A DNA stretch of 63,996 nucleotides, the filler included, from Octopus bimaculoides (Eukaryota), in the NCBI RefSeq assembly GCF_001194135.2. It is 6 parts of 6 records of this genome, joined end to end, with 100 filler letters (N's around TTAATTAATTAA, not from the genome) between each part and the next. Parts side by side here need not be neighbours in the genome. Positions count along the whole stretch, not along the records: positions 8,672 to 35,789 come from NC_068988.1; 5 more parts are not named here. The stretch is one strand, 5' to 3'. The notes below the pieces were generated by a model. The model did not search any database, was not told the DNA's origin, and saw only the letters and a program-made list of their open reading frames with translations. Below, piece after piece: positions 12,444 through 23,832 of this stretch; within the stretch, counting starts at the first letter, position 1, and each line of letters starts with the position of its first letter. The position numbers and the translations under genes were made by a program.

Positions 12444-12660
12444 AAGGCGGCGAGGTGGCATAATCTTTATCACGCCGAGTGAGATGCTTAGCAGTATTTC
12501 ATCTGTCTTCATGTTCTGAGTTCAAATTCCACCGAGGTAGACTTTGCCATTCATCCTTTCGGGGTCGATAAAATAAGTACCAGCTGAGTACTGGTGTCGA
12601 TGTTATCAGCTAGCCCCTATACCAAAATTGAAGTTTTGTGCCTGTAGTAGAAATGAATAT
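12444..12660 (+). mobile_element. SINE family B, full length
   Basis: AAGGCGGCGAGGTGGCA head, GTTCTGAGTTCAAATTCC, core and GTGCCTGTAGTAGAAA tail. Confidence 0.85.
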
Positions 12661-13021
12661 TACAGTGGATCTCTCCCAGCGAAAACACACCTTTAGCATA
12701 GTTATTGGTACTTCAAAGTCTTTGGCCTTTTTCTTTAGATCCAGACATTATTACAGCCTTCAAAAGTTGTAATGCTCAAATGAGGCCTACACTGAATTAC
12801 TATTCGTACATATGAAACGGTGTTGCCAACTCCCACGCAGAGCCTAACTTAAGCCAGTGAATGATCACTCGAATTACTTATATTCAGTCATTAACAGACA
12901 CTCTTCAGCCCCAAGTATACGATCAGAGATGGTTATTTCTCACGCCTCCATTCTCTCATTTATTTTCATCATTTATCTTTTAGCTGACTCAATCATTAGA
13001 TTGCTACTGTAAATCAGACAC

Positions 13022-13027
<6 letters not shown>

Positions 13028-13086
<59 letters not shown>

Positions 13087-13140
13087 TACACACACACACA
13101 CACACGCACACACACACGCACACACACACGCACACACACA
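13028..13140. repeat. (CT)n(CA)n compound microsatellite
   Basis: Direct reading of the sequence. Confidence 0.95.
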
Positions 13141-16100
13141 CAAATATATANNNNNNNNNNNNNNNNNNNNNNNNNNNNNNNNNNNNNNNNNNNNNNNNNN
13201 NNNNNNNNNNNNNNNNNNNNNNNNNNNNNNNNNNNNNNNNNNNNNNNNNNNNNNNNNNNNNNNNNNNNNNNNNNNNNNNNNNNNNNNNNNNNNNNNNNNN
13301 NNNNNNNNNNNNNNNNNNNNNNNNNNNNNNNNNNNNNNNNNNNNNNNNNNNNNNNNNNNNNNNNNNNNNNNNNNNNNNNNNNNNNNNNNNNNNNNNNNNN
13401 NNNNNNNNNNNNNNNNNNNNNNNNNNNNNNNNNNNNNNNNNNNNNNNNNNNNNNNNNNNNNNNNNNNNNNNNNNNNNNNNNNNNNNNNNNNNNNNNNNNN
13501 NNNNNNNNNNNNNNNNNNNNNNNNNNNNNNNNNNNNNNNNNNNNNNNNNNNNNNNNNNNNNNNNNNNNNNNNNNNNNNNNNNNNNNNNNNNNNNNNNNNN
13601 NNNNNNNATATATATATATATAAAGTAACATGCCAAACAGAGGTAATTGATCCATGTCCAAAATCTAATGCCGATTATTGAGAGAGTCAATTTGAGTTTA
13701 AATGGAGTTTTAAAAGAATGATATATCTCTCGTCTCCGAAATAATGATTAATACCTCGCTGTAATATAATCATATCAACAACAAATCGTTTCACGTAGTT
13801 TAACATTTAATTAAGTTAAGAATAAAGTATATAATGGAGGAATTGTTTATTCATTATCACCAGTCGTATGGATAAAATGCGGATTTTACTTCTACATCAA
13901 CACATTACATCTGATTTCTCTCTATATGTGCACAACCTGTGTTGTGTTTGAAGAGGTTTCTGATTGATGCGCCAGACTCTGAGTAGAAATACTTGCATAT
14001 AGAAAAGAACATGTTTTTGTTTTTGTTTGCTTTTTACATATTCATCCCAGTGCAGTCCTTCGGAAAGAGGATAAAGGATATCTTTTTTCTTTTAAACAGA
14101 ACATCATACTCCATAGAAAAGTACTATCGCTATGGCATTTTGTGACAACTGCTAATATTATATGCAATGCCTTCCATTGAAATATGGCAGCTATTTAATG
14201 GCTTCACAATCTCTTTTGTTTATCTCTTATTTTCTAGCTTCCGCTTGTTTAAGGTTTGACATGCTTGCTATTCGAAATATATTATGTGGCGCTAGCAAAC
14301 TTCAAAGATGATGTACATCCTCTTAATGTTAACATCATTTTCGCGTTAACGGGGGAAATGCACAGGCATGACGAATGCTAGTATACTGACAGCATTTTTT
14401 GGTCAAGTCTCTTTTAAGTAGATCTATTCATCAGTTATGGGGTTCAATGGATTGGACATAATGCTAAAGGAGGAATGTATTTCAGATCAACAATTTCTTT
14501 TATTTCCGTTAACATATATAATCGGTCATGACGATCACATAGATAACTGAAATATAAAATTGTGTTCAAAAGTTTGAAGAAAATGCTGAGATAACAGGTC
14601 AAAGAAAACTTTCTGGAAAGTAGGAAATGTTTCAAACAATCTGAAAGAAGGAAAGAATGAATGAAGACATGAATGGCTGACTGAATGAAAGCATTCTTGT
14701 TGTGAGATATCGATATGACAACATTTACGCCTTTGTGATTTTGCGATGAGTGGGATACTGAGAGAGAGTGTGTGAGTGTGCAAATATGCTACGCTGAGAC
14801 ACATGTTGCTACCCAACTCACTGAGCAGAAGCTGGCTGCATCTCTGTACGATATTTGGTTATTCCGTCAGTCTTTACTTCCAAACGGAGCTTAAACGTAA
14901 CAGTATAAAGACGATACACAAAACCTAGAGTTAGTTTCTGCTAGATATGTGCAAGTTCAAAAATACATAAGATCTTAGCAGCATTTTAGTAATTTGGATT
15001 TGTTCTAATCTAGTTGTAATTTATAACCAAAAGGATTACATTTGCAACGCGTATGTACGTTTAACATGGCTGAGAAATGTCAAATGCTATCAGTTATCTT
15101 CCTAGAAGTGCGTGACAAGTAACAAGAATTATGGAAACCCGGCGAGAGTAGAGTATGCGACAGCTGTATCACGAAGCAAAAGGCACTGTCTGATGAAGTC
15201 ACGTTTGAGGTGTGAAAAAATAATTTTGTTGCTGTTGTTTCGCATGTATGATACCATACATCAGTGAATGATACCATATATCACTTGTAAAATAAATGAT
15301 ACCATAGATAAAGTAAATGCTACCATAGATCACTTATAAAGTTTTATTGAGGGTTTCACTCTAAAATTTGAAACCCCAATCTACTAGAAGAAACCTGTAA
15401 CAAATGTTGGAATATATCAAGTTGTAATAGCAATAGAAATGCACATATATTAATTCTATTCATCAAACTTTGTTAAGCATTTTATAATGCTATATGGACA
15501 TTCTACATTCACAGCACCTTTATACAACAGATTTTCATCAATTGCAATGTATACTTAGCCTCACTGTCGACAGCCTTAGAAAAAGCGACAGCTGATTTTA
15601 ATTGTTTTGCTGTGGAACACAATTCTGCTACGTTCTCTGTCATCTTACAAGCATTTTAAAAACATCTGCATTCTATCTGTGTAGTAAAGTTCTATGCAGT
15701 AAAGTTTCTCCTATTAAGATGGTTTACAATGTAGACATGTATATAGATCACTGACGAAAATATTGTGAACTATATTGGTCTTTTTCGCTAATCTAAATCG
15801 TAGAATGTAATCAAGTAGTAAAGGTAAATAATATCACAAAACCGTTTGCCCCATATCAATGAGCTTAAATAAATAGCCCAAGTACATTTTCCCCTACAGG
15901 GACTAACTTTGTTTAGGATTACAATCGTGCACTGTAATGAGAGTCATCACAAACAGAAATGGTCCCAGTACAATTCCTTGAGGGATTTGCTTAGAATTAA
16001 TGTTTCCTCCGAAAGAGAATCCTTAGCAGCAATAGACGGTGTCAGCAGTTAACGAAGTCATGTTGATTTTTAAACAGATGACTCCATTAGTTTCCATTTA

Positions 16101-17229
16101 CGCTAAGGTCATATCGTTTGTTATATATGATGTTTTAATCCGCTTTAGCAAAACACTTAACGAAGTCGAAATATATTATATTAATATTTAAATGGTTTAG
16201 ATTTCGTTCAGTACCCTAGTGTTAGATGTATGAATGCAAACTCTTCTTGGTCGGAAGCTATGCTGCGTGCCCTTAAGCAAGGCATCATTCTACGGTGGAT
16301 ACACATATGTGTGTATCAGATTCTGTCTGACGGTATGTTCCATGAATTTACTGAAGTGTAAGATCAGAGAGATAGACCGTTTAATGTTTAACATCTGCTC
16401 ACTTTTTCTTGTTGTGGATAAGTCATATTATGTCTCCTTTTTAAAGTTTTCGAAATTTTACCACATAAAAAGATACTTTGTGAATTTATGTGTAGTGGTT
16501 CTCTCAGTATCTTCTTACATGTATTTAAAAAAGAAATCCTAGCACAATCGTCATGGCCTGTGGCTGAGTAGAAGCTTATTTCATAAATGGTTAATGTTGT
16601 ACGCTTCCCTTTAAAATTAACGTAACCGATGTTTGCCATTTCTCTGCGTAAGCATCTTAATTGACGAAATTATGCGGCATATATTTTTATATTTTGGTAT
16701 CATCCAGAGTTAAAATGAAACTTCATTGTAATTATTCATTTAGAATTTCATTTATGCTCCTGAGACCTGCAGTCAGTGAACTATTTTCTTCGAGCACTGA
16801 CCCTTTCTTGTAACGCACCGAATTATCTTTCTATTGCTTCTATTAATTTGTTCAAATAAAACCGTTTGAAATTTTGATTCTTCTCTCGTGAGGACTCTCA
16901 TGTTCTAGGAATCACATTCTTGCAAGTATTGGCTGTTCTCTCAGGGAAGAATGAAAATTAGTATGCCTTTTGTTACTGACTTTTGGTGAATAAGTTTTCA
17001 ACATCCCATTTTAAACTGATTTTTTTATCAGTTCCGTACAACATCAGCCTGGATATGATTCTCGTGCTCGCTATATGGTATATAACTTTAACTTGCTTTA
17101 GACCATACATTATAATATGTACCATATTATGAGAGTAGCAGACGTCCAAAATATTGATGTACTTGATTGGATACAATACAATTTATGGAGATGAAGTAGA
17201 GAAATTGATTTTCTTCCTTCATGTGATAT

Positions 17230-17760
17230 TTCTTAGGCCTTGGTGTTGTTCTCAGGTCTTTTGATTCTGGAGATCTATAAGTATAATCACGTGAGGATTG
17301 AGTTTTGCTATTACCTCATTTATAAGTCAAAGGCTTTCATCTCATTAAACATCAGGATGTGAGTCATCAACGGGAAGTTTTGAGGTACATAGTACCACCA
17401 CATCTAGTTCTCTTAAATGTACCACGAGTGTGCCACAAACCTAGTTTGAATGGATCAGTAATTTTACTGGCGTGAGATTTTTTTGCGGAGGTACACTACA
17501 ACCCTTCAGTGAATTCTTTCTTGTCTGTACAAAGATTAACATTCCTTGGTATGAGTATATCTGCATCAGCTAAATCTAAAGGTAGATGCATTTCAGTAAG
17601 CGCTGTATATATTTCTTGATTTCATTCTGGAAGATCACATAGGTATGGCATATTGGTTTCCTTTGTTGAACTGTAACATGGATCTAACGTTCAAAAGTAA
17701 AATTGGTGTAATGTTTAGCTGCCTGGCAGCAGAAGCCATGCTGATTTTATCAATTTTGTT
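17230..17760 (-). mobile_element. Decayed LINE apurinic-like endonuclease fragment (CR1/L2/Jockey-group-like)
   Basis: Frameshifted manual translation gives ITPILLLNVRS, ALTEMHLPLDLADADILIP and VIILIDLQ, echoing APE motifs (N-x-R-S, LTE, IILGDFN). Many stops. Confidence 0.5.
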
Positions 17761-18576
17761 GGCTTTTTCGCATGGGTATGCACGAATTTAGCTTAATCAT
17801 ATTTGTAAATAATTCAGAAGCCACACTGTCTGTTATGTTTCATCATTTATCTCTCACTTTTTTTAATCATTAAACTAGAGCCATGATGGGGCACCGCCGT
17901 TTACGGATTTTAGTCGCATGAATCGACCCCAGTATCATATTTTTATGTCTGGTGCTTATGTAATTCTATATATTCACATCAGGTATCTCATCACAGAATG
18001 ATGTGACCAAATAAAACAGTTTTGACCCTTCCACGGTTGAGTGGTCGGCAACTAAACAGCTTCACAACTTGAGTATCTTCCAACACTTATGGGGAGGATT
18101 GAACGTTTTAAGAAGGGACATTCTTACCGCAGAGCTACGCCTTTAAAATAATATATTCAATCGATGAAGTTCTCAATGCTTCTATGTAACTTTGCTGGTG
18201 CCATAACAAGTCCAGATGATATACGGTGTGCCATACGCAGGTGATTCGCTTGTTGACTGATGTTGATGTGTTTGATTTGGATTCTTCAGACGCGCTGTCA
18301 TTTGCTTTCTTTTCTTCTTTTTAGACATGTTTTTCCCCGACATGTGTCTCTTATTCATAGTGATTCTTTCAGACGATGATGACACTTCCAAAAAGAATAA
18401 ATATAGTACAGGAAAGCCATGTGTGGTATTACAAATGGGTTTCATTGGTGCCTTCCCCAAATCCAGAAGTAATGGTATACCGGGCGACGGAGATAGGCTC
18501 GGTCAGCTGGAAAACCCTAGTCAGGAGTCACAGGATGGCGACTTTCATGTAAGTGTGTGCGTGCCTCTGTGTGTGT

Positions 18577-18678
<102 letters not shown>

Positions 18679-18888
18679 TATGTGTGTATAAAGATTATAA
18701 ACGATGGGAAAGTCACCAAGTGGTTTTCCAACAACCTAGAAATAAGAGTTAAATCCCACACCACGAAAAAACTAATTCTTATTTCAGCACGTTGAAAGTA
18801 AGTGGGCAGGACAAAATGATAATTCAAATATGATTAGTCATTCCCGTACTTCAAAGTTTCGCCCTTAATGATTAAGTACACTAATTAA

Positions 18889-19016
18889 CTAGCAAAGCAG
18901 TCGGACAGCGCAGACCTCCGCCAAGCAACTCGTTTCCACCCATATACGAACATGCTTAAAATCGCCCAATTTCCGAAACCAGCGCCGGCAAAAACATAAC
19001 TTCCTTGGCGGTGTTA
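18889..19016 (-). mobile_element. Short DINE-1/HINE-like (Helentron-associated) non-autonomous element
   Basis: Subterminal inverted repeats ACCTCCGCCAAG (18914-18925) and CTTGGCGGTGT (19004-19014); the minus-strand end reads CTTGGCGGAGGTCTGCGCTGTCCGACTGCTTTGCTAGTT. Confidence 0.6.
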
Positions 19017-19169
19017 AAAAAATAACACAACCATATGATTTTTAAAAAAAAGCCTTTAAAAACAGGAATCATCTGAAGCAGTTATAATACATCAATGATA
19101 ACAGCAAGCTAGTTTCACAGCGGTGGTGGAGGAAGCAAAGCCTTAGATTTTTGAGTCGATCCCAATAGT

Positions 19170-19544
19170 CAAGGCTTGTCATCCTCCGCAGACCTCCGCC
19201 AAGCAGCTCATTTTAAGATAGATACGCGAGAGAAATTACTATTAGAGAAACGAAAATAAACTTTGGAAACAGTAACGCCACCATAGGTTAAGTGGAAACG
19301 ATGAACGTGTTTTCAAGGGAAATAATCAAAGAACGTAACATTGTAATGCTTCATGTAAAGTAAATATGACTAATAGAAAATCCTTCAAGAATCCATAAAA
19401 ATTCACGGATCACTACGAAAATTTCAACATCTTTTCCTTGTGTCATTACCAACTTTTCCTGCAAGTTTCGTCAAAGATTTTCAGTTATTTTGCACACAGA
19501 CGGATAGACGGACAAATTGTAACCTCCGTCCTTGGCGGAGGTAA
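19170..19544 (-). mobile_element. DINE-1/HINE-like non-autonomous element
   Basis: Perfect 12-bp subterminal inverted repeat ACCTCCGCCAAG (19192-19203) / CTTGGCGGAGGT (19531-19542), terminal hairpin ACCTCCGTC-CTT-GGCGGAGGT, short GGAC/AGAC repeat tract. Confidence 0.6.
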
Positions 19545-19823
19545 TTCATCAATCAATCAAAGCATTAAATGAGCTATGGCTTATCAGCGGGAATTGCTAT
19601 GGATATATAATTATAAAACTCAATACACACCCAATCAAACAGGATACACTGCATATTCAGTTTGCATCTTTATATATCGAGGTATTCAATTCAAATGTCC
19701 CACAGACAGCGCGCCAATAGCCAGTGTAAAGCGACAGTTAATGAATATTCTGCAGTGAGTTATCTGACTCTTGGAATTAAAATTAAGATATTCTAAAAGT
19801 ATAGAGTAAAAATTAAATATGTA

Positions 19824-19883
19824 GGCGCAGGAGTGGCTGTGTGGTAAGTAGCTTGCTTACCAACCACATGGATCCGGGTTCAG
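19824..19883 (+). mobile_element. SINE family A head only
   Basis: GGCGCAGGAGTGGCTGTGTGGTAAGTAGCTTGCTTACCAACCACATGGATCCGGGTTCAG, truncated at the mariner fragment. Confidence 0.85.
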
Positions 19884-19884
19884 A

Positions 19885-20229
19885 TTTGCGGTTGACATCA
19901 GATAAATCATGAGGCACCCATTTTCTGAGTTTTGGGATCTTTCTAAGCTATTGAAGTTGGCTTGAATGAAGCTTGGTTCTCAATTCTTCAACTGAAACTG
20001 CATGTTCTTTCTCAAGTTCTGCCAAAAGGTGGTTGTCATCAAACTCCATTGGAATGTCTTGTCCAGCCCTCATCTTCAAGGCTGAAATATCCACTTCTGA
20101 GTTTTAAAAACCATCTTCTACAAGTCCTTTCATTCAGGCACTATTCTCCATAAGCTGAGTCAATATTTTTTTCCCATTTTTAAACTGATAAAGCAGTGTG
20201 TACCTCAAACGCTCCTTAGACACTACCAT
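19885..20229 (-). mobile_element. Mariner transposase N-terminal fragment (decayed)
   Basis: MVVSKERLRYTLLYQFK..CRRWFLKLRSGYFSLEDE..KWVPHDL; WVPHEL-type motif present, with frameshifts and stops. Confidence 0.8.
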
Positions 20230-20385
20230 GTTTGAAGAACTATAATTACTGAAATTTCAATCAGATTATCCTGCAAAAAGGTCAAATACATATAAATATT
20301 ACTTGATGCTATTAGACATTCTAAAATAGTGTTAAAGAATTTATAGAAAATATACAAGCCCGGACATTACTTATGGGATGACCTG

Positions 20386-20417
<32 letters not shown>

Positions 20418-20504
20418 TCACACCACCAATAATATAAATATGTGTGTCGGGGGAAGGGGGTATATATAGTTATAAACACACACACATACACACACATGCT
20501 TCCA

Positions 20505-20676
20505 TGTATGTTGTTGGCACTTCGTCGCTTACGACGTCGAGGGTTCCTGTTGATCCGATCAACGGAACAGCATGCTCATGAAATTAACGTGCAAGTGGCT
20601 GACCACTCCACAGACACGTGTACCCTTAACGTAGTTGTCGGGGATATTCAGTGTGACACAGTGTGACAAGGCTGAC
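20505..20676 (-). mobile_element. SINE family D 3' part
   Basis: Reverse complement of the tail of 38195-38494 (CAGCCACTTGCAC.TTAATTTCA..AGC, GTCACACTGAAT). Confidence 0.75.
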
Positions 20677-21699
20677 NNNNNNNNNNNNNNNNNNNNNNNN
20701 NNNNNNNNNNNNNNNNNNNNNNNNNNNNNNNNNNNNNNNNNNNNNNNNNNNNNNNNNNNNNNNNNNNNNNNNNNNNNNNNNNNNNNNNNNNNNNNNNNNN
20801 NNNNNNNNNNNNNNNNNNNNNNNNNNNNNNNNNNNNNNNNNNNNNNNNNNNNNNNNNNNNNNNNNNNNNNNNNNNNNNNNNNNNNNNNNNNNNNNNNNNN
20901 NNNNNNNNNNNNNNNNNNNNNNNNNNNNNNNNNNNNNNNNNNNNNNNNNNNNNNNNNNNNNNNNNNNNNNNNNNNNNNNNNNNNNNNNNNNNNNNNNNNN
21001 NNNNNNNNNNNNNNNNNNNNNNNNNNNNNNNNNNNNNNNNNNNNNNNNNNNNNNNNNNNNNNNNNNNNNNNNNNNNNNNNNNNNNNNNNNNNNNNNNNNN
21101 NNNNNNNNNNNNNNNNNNNNNNNNNNNNNNNNNNNNNNNNNNNNNNNNNNNNNNNNNNNNNNNNNNNNNNNNNNNNNNNNNNNNNNNNNNNNNNNNNNNN
21201 NNNNNNNNNNNNNNNNNNNNNNNNNNNNNNNNNNNNNNNNNNNNNNNNNNNNNNNNNNNNNNNNNNNNNNNNNNNNNNNNNNNNNNNNNNNNNNNNNNNN
21301 NNNNNNNNNNNNNNNNNNNNNNNNNNNNNNNNNNNNNNNNNNNNNNNNNNNNNNNNNNNNNNNNNNNNNNNNNNNNNNNNNNNNNNNNNNNNNNNNNNNN
21401 NNNNNNNNNNNNNNNNNNNNNNNNNNNNNNNNNNNNNNNNNNNNNNNNNNNNNNNNNNNNNNNNNNNNNNNNNNNNNNNNNNNNNNNNNNNNNNNNNNNN
21501 NNNNNNNNNNNNNNNNNNNNNNNNNNNNNNNNNNNNNNNNNNNNNNNNNNNNNNNNNNNNNNNNNNNNNNNNNNNNNNNNNNNNNNNNNNNNNNNNNNNN
21601 NNNNNNNNNNNNNNNNNNNNNNNNNNNNNNNNNNATATATATATATATATATATATATACATACATATATATATATATATATGTATGTATATTTTTTAT

Positions 21700-21940
21700 T
21701 CATTTAATTTTGTTATGTCATTTGACTGCGGCCACGCTAGAGCACTGCCTTTACACGAGCAAATCGACCCCAGGACTTACTCTTTGTATGCTCTGTATTT
21801 ATTCTATCGGTTGTCAAGCGATGTTGGGGGCCAAAACAAAATCATAACCGTACACACACATACACACACACACATAAATATATATGCGAAGGGCTTCTTT
21901 CAGTTTGTCTACCAAATCCACTCACAAAGCTTTGGTCGGC
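21700..21940 (-). mobile_element. SINE family A 3'/central part
   Basis: GTCATTTGACTGCGGCCA..CAAATCCACTCACAAAGCTTTGGTCGGC, ending abruptly at the Tx1-like element. Confidence 0.75.
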
Positions 21941-21944
21941 AAAT

Positions 21945-23640
21945 ATACAACATAAAAGAAAAAATTACGGAGGCCAAAAAGAAAGTGGTGGAGGGGTGCA
22001 TGGCACCAATATGGAATAAAGTATGCTACGTCAGCCGTGGAACGGGAAGCGCAACCGTTGGAGCGCAGTTTCAAACGGCTGACGTAGCAAAAGAAGACAC
22101 TAAAAAACGACGATATTAAGCTGCTACCCACATAGCTGGACTGCAGAACGGCGAAAGTCACGGTAGAATATATACCAGCTGGTTATGAAGTGATGTGGGT
22201 AGCAGCGGTAATCATATAGGACCTTGAAAAAGAAGTATCAATCCTGAAAATGAAAAGGAGGGACGCCGTGAACTGACGAGGCCAAACGCTCGAGATGTTA
22301 ATTCAAGCGGCGAACCAAGCTCTGGAAAATTTACCCGATAGAGTGTTTGTGGGGCAAGAGGCTGACAGTACGAGTGCCTGTGAAGGGACGTAGGCCCCTA
22401 TGCTTCAAGTGTGGAGAGAAGGGTCAGGTCCGCTCCAAGTGTACCAAAATGAAAAAAATGAGAATTAGCCCCTTCGGAAGAAAAGAACCAAACTACCGAG
22501 GAGATGGAGTTTACAACGGTGACTCATAAACGTAAGAAGGCACAAGATCCTGATTCCTCTCCCCAGACAAAAAAGAAAACAATCACAAAACACACAGACA
22601 CAAAACCAAACTCCCCAGCCCAAGCCCATACCAAAGCCATTTGCCAAACGCTTCCACAAACTACAAGTAAAAACTAAAGAGCACCGGGAAAAGAAGGAGC
22701 CGTTAGCAAGTGTCATCAGAGCACACCATGACACACGAGTGTTTACAGTAACGAAAAAAACACGGATGTACGTTAGGTATGAAAAAATGAACGAGAAACT
22801 GTTTACGGATATAAAGGCGAATTATCCGGAAGACATAGGAGACATAAGTGGCGGAGGGTAAATATATTATAAGACCGATGGCCACACCCAGCAAAAGCCC
22901 AGCGGCGACACCTGATAAAGAAAAGGACGGGGAGGTAGGCAAATTTGTACAAACCTTCCTCAAACTGAAAATGTGAGTAATCTCTTTCCTTTTATTTTTC
23001 AAAAATTATTAAGTTAGGGTGGATAAATGTGCGTGAACTGGGGTCGAAATGGAAACAGGCTTGTTTTCTGGATGACCTCAAGACGCGTGATATAGATGTA
23101 GCAGTCGCAACCGACACCAAGATAGTGGATCACAAGCGTTCTCTCCTCTTCTGAATGACTAAGAGAAAATTATTTCTCCAAGCCGACGAGGAGCGGGTTG
23201 TGGTGGTCTTATTCAGGAAGAACTTGGATTGCAGGTAAGTACTGTCTTTCTGGACCCAGAAGGTAGACTTGTTGTCCTGGATGTAACTCCTTCAGGTTTG
23301 TAGCTGTCTACGTTCCCAATGAGCGTGCGCAGTTGGGCTTTTTTCGAGACCTGGAGCACTTTCTAGTGACGTCTAAAACTGTAGTTCTGTTAGATTTTAA
23401 CACCATGCTAGATGCACGGGTAGATAGTGTTGATGCGACTGATAGGAAAGGAAATCCTGGCCTCAAGGGTCTACTAGAGTGCTATAATCTAGTAGACCGT
23501 TCCAGATTGGATAAGCCGTTCGTTCCTCAGTAGACGTGGAGTAATAACGACGGCTTCCGCAGATCTTACATAGACAGGGTATTCGTTAGAGATAGAAATA
23601 AGGGTACTTTCAGTTGTCAAAAATTTGATATAGTACATGT
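21945..23640 (+). mobile_element. Tx1-like L1-clade LINE, 5' portion (ORF1 zinc knuckle plus ORF2 APE), decayed
   Basis: ORF1 remnant GRRPLCFKCGEKGQVRSKC (CCHC knuckle with H>Q) at 22401-22442. ORF2 from about 23012: KLGWINVRELGSKWKQ..DIDVAVATDTK..VAVYVPN..LLDFNTMLD..TWSN..SYIDRVFV. No RT domain follows. Confidence 0.85.
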
Positions 23641-23671
23641 GTTCGACGTAAATTATCAATTTGATATAGTA

Positions 23672-23770
23672 CAGCCTTGAAGGTTTTTAGTCGTCGAACA
23701 AATCGACTTAAGTCCTGTGCGACTGAACCGGAAACATGTGGTTAGGGAGGAAGCTTCTTATCACACAGCT
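23672..23770 (-). mobile_element. SINE family A remnants (tail piece joined to head)
   Basis: TTTAGTCG..AACAAATCGAC followed by GACTGAACCGGAAACATGTGGTT..CACACAGC. Confidence 0.6.
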
Positions 23771-23785
23771 TCTCTTTCTCTCTCT

Positions 23786-23832
<47 letters not shown>

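Noticed and set aside
14535-14816. Cys-Cys-containing ORF as a fibulin anaphylatoxin exon
   Set aside because: It is on the opposite strand to the EGF exon, the Cys spacing does not fit, and there are no matching splice sites.
15181-15232. CTGATGA...GAAA as a hammerhead
   Set aside because: Stem II is poor, the best stem III leaves G at position 17, and stem I does not pair.
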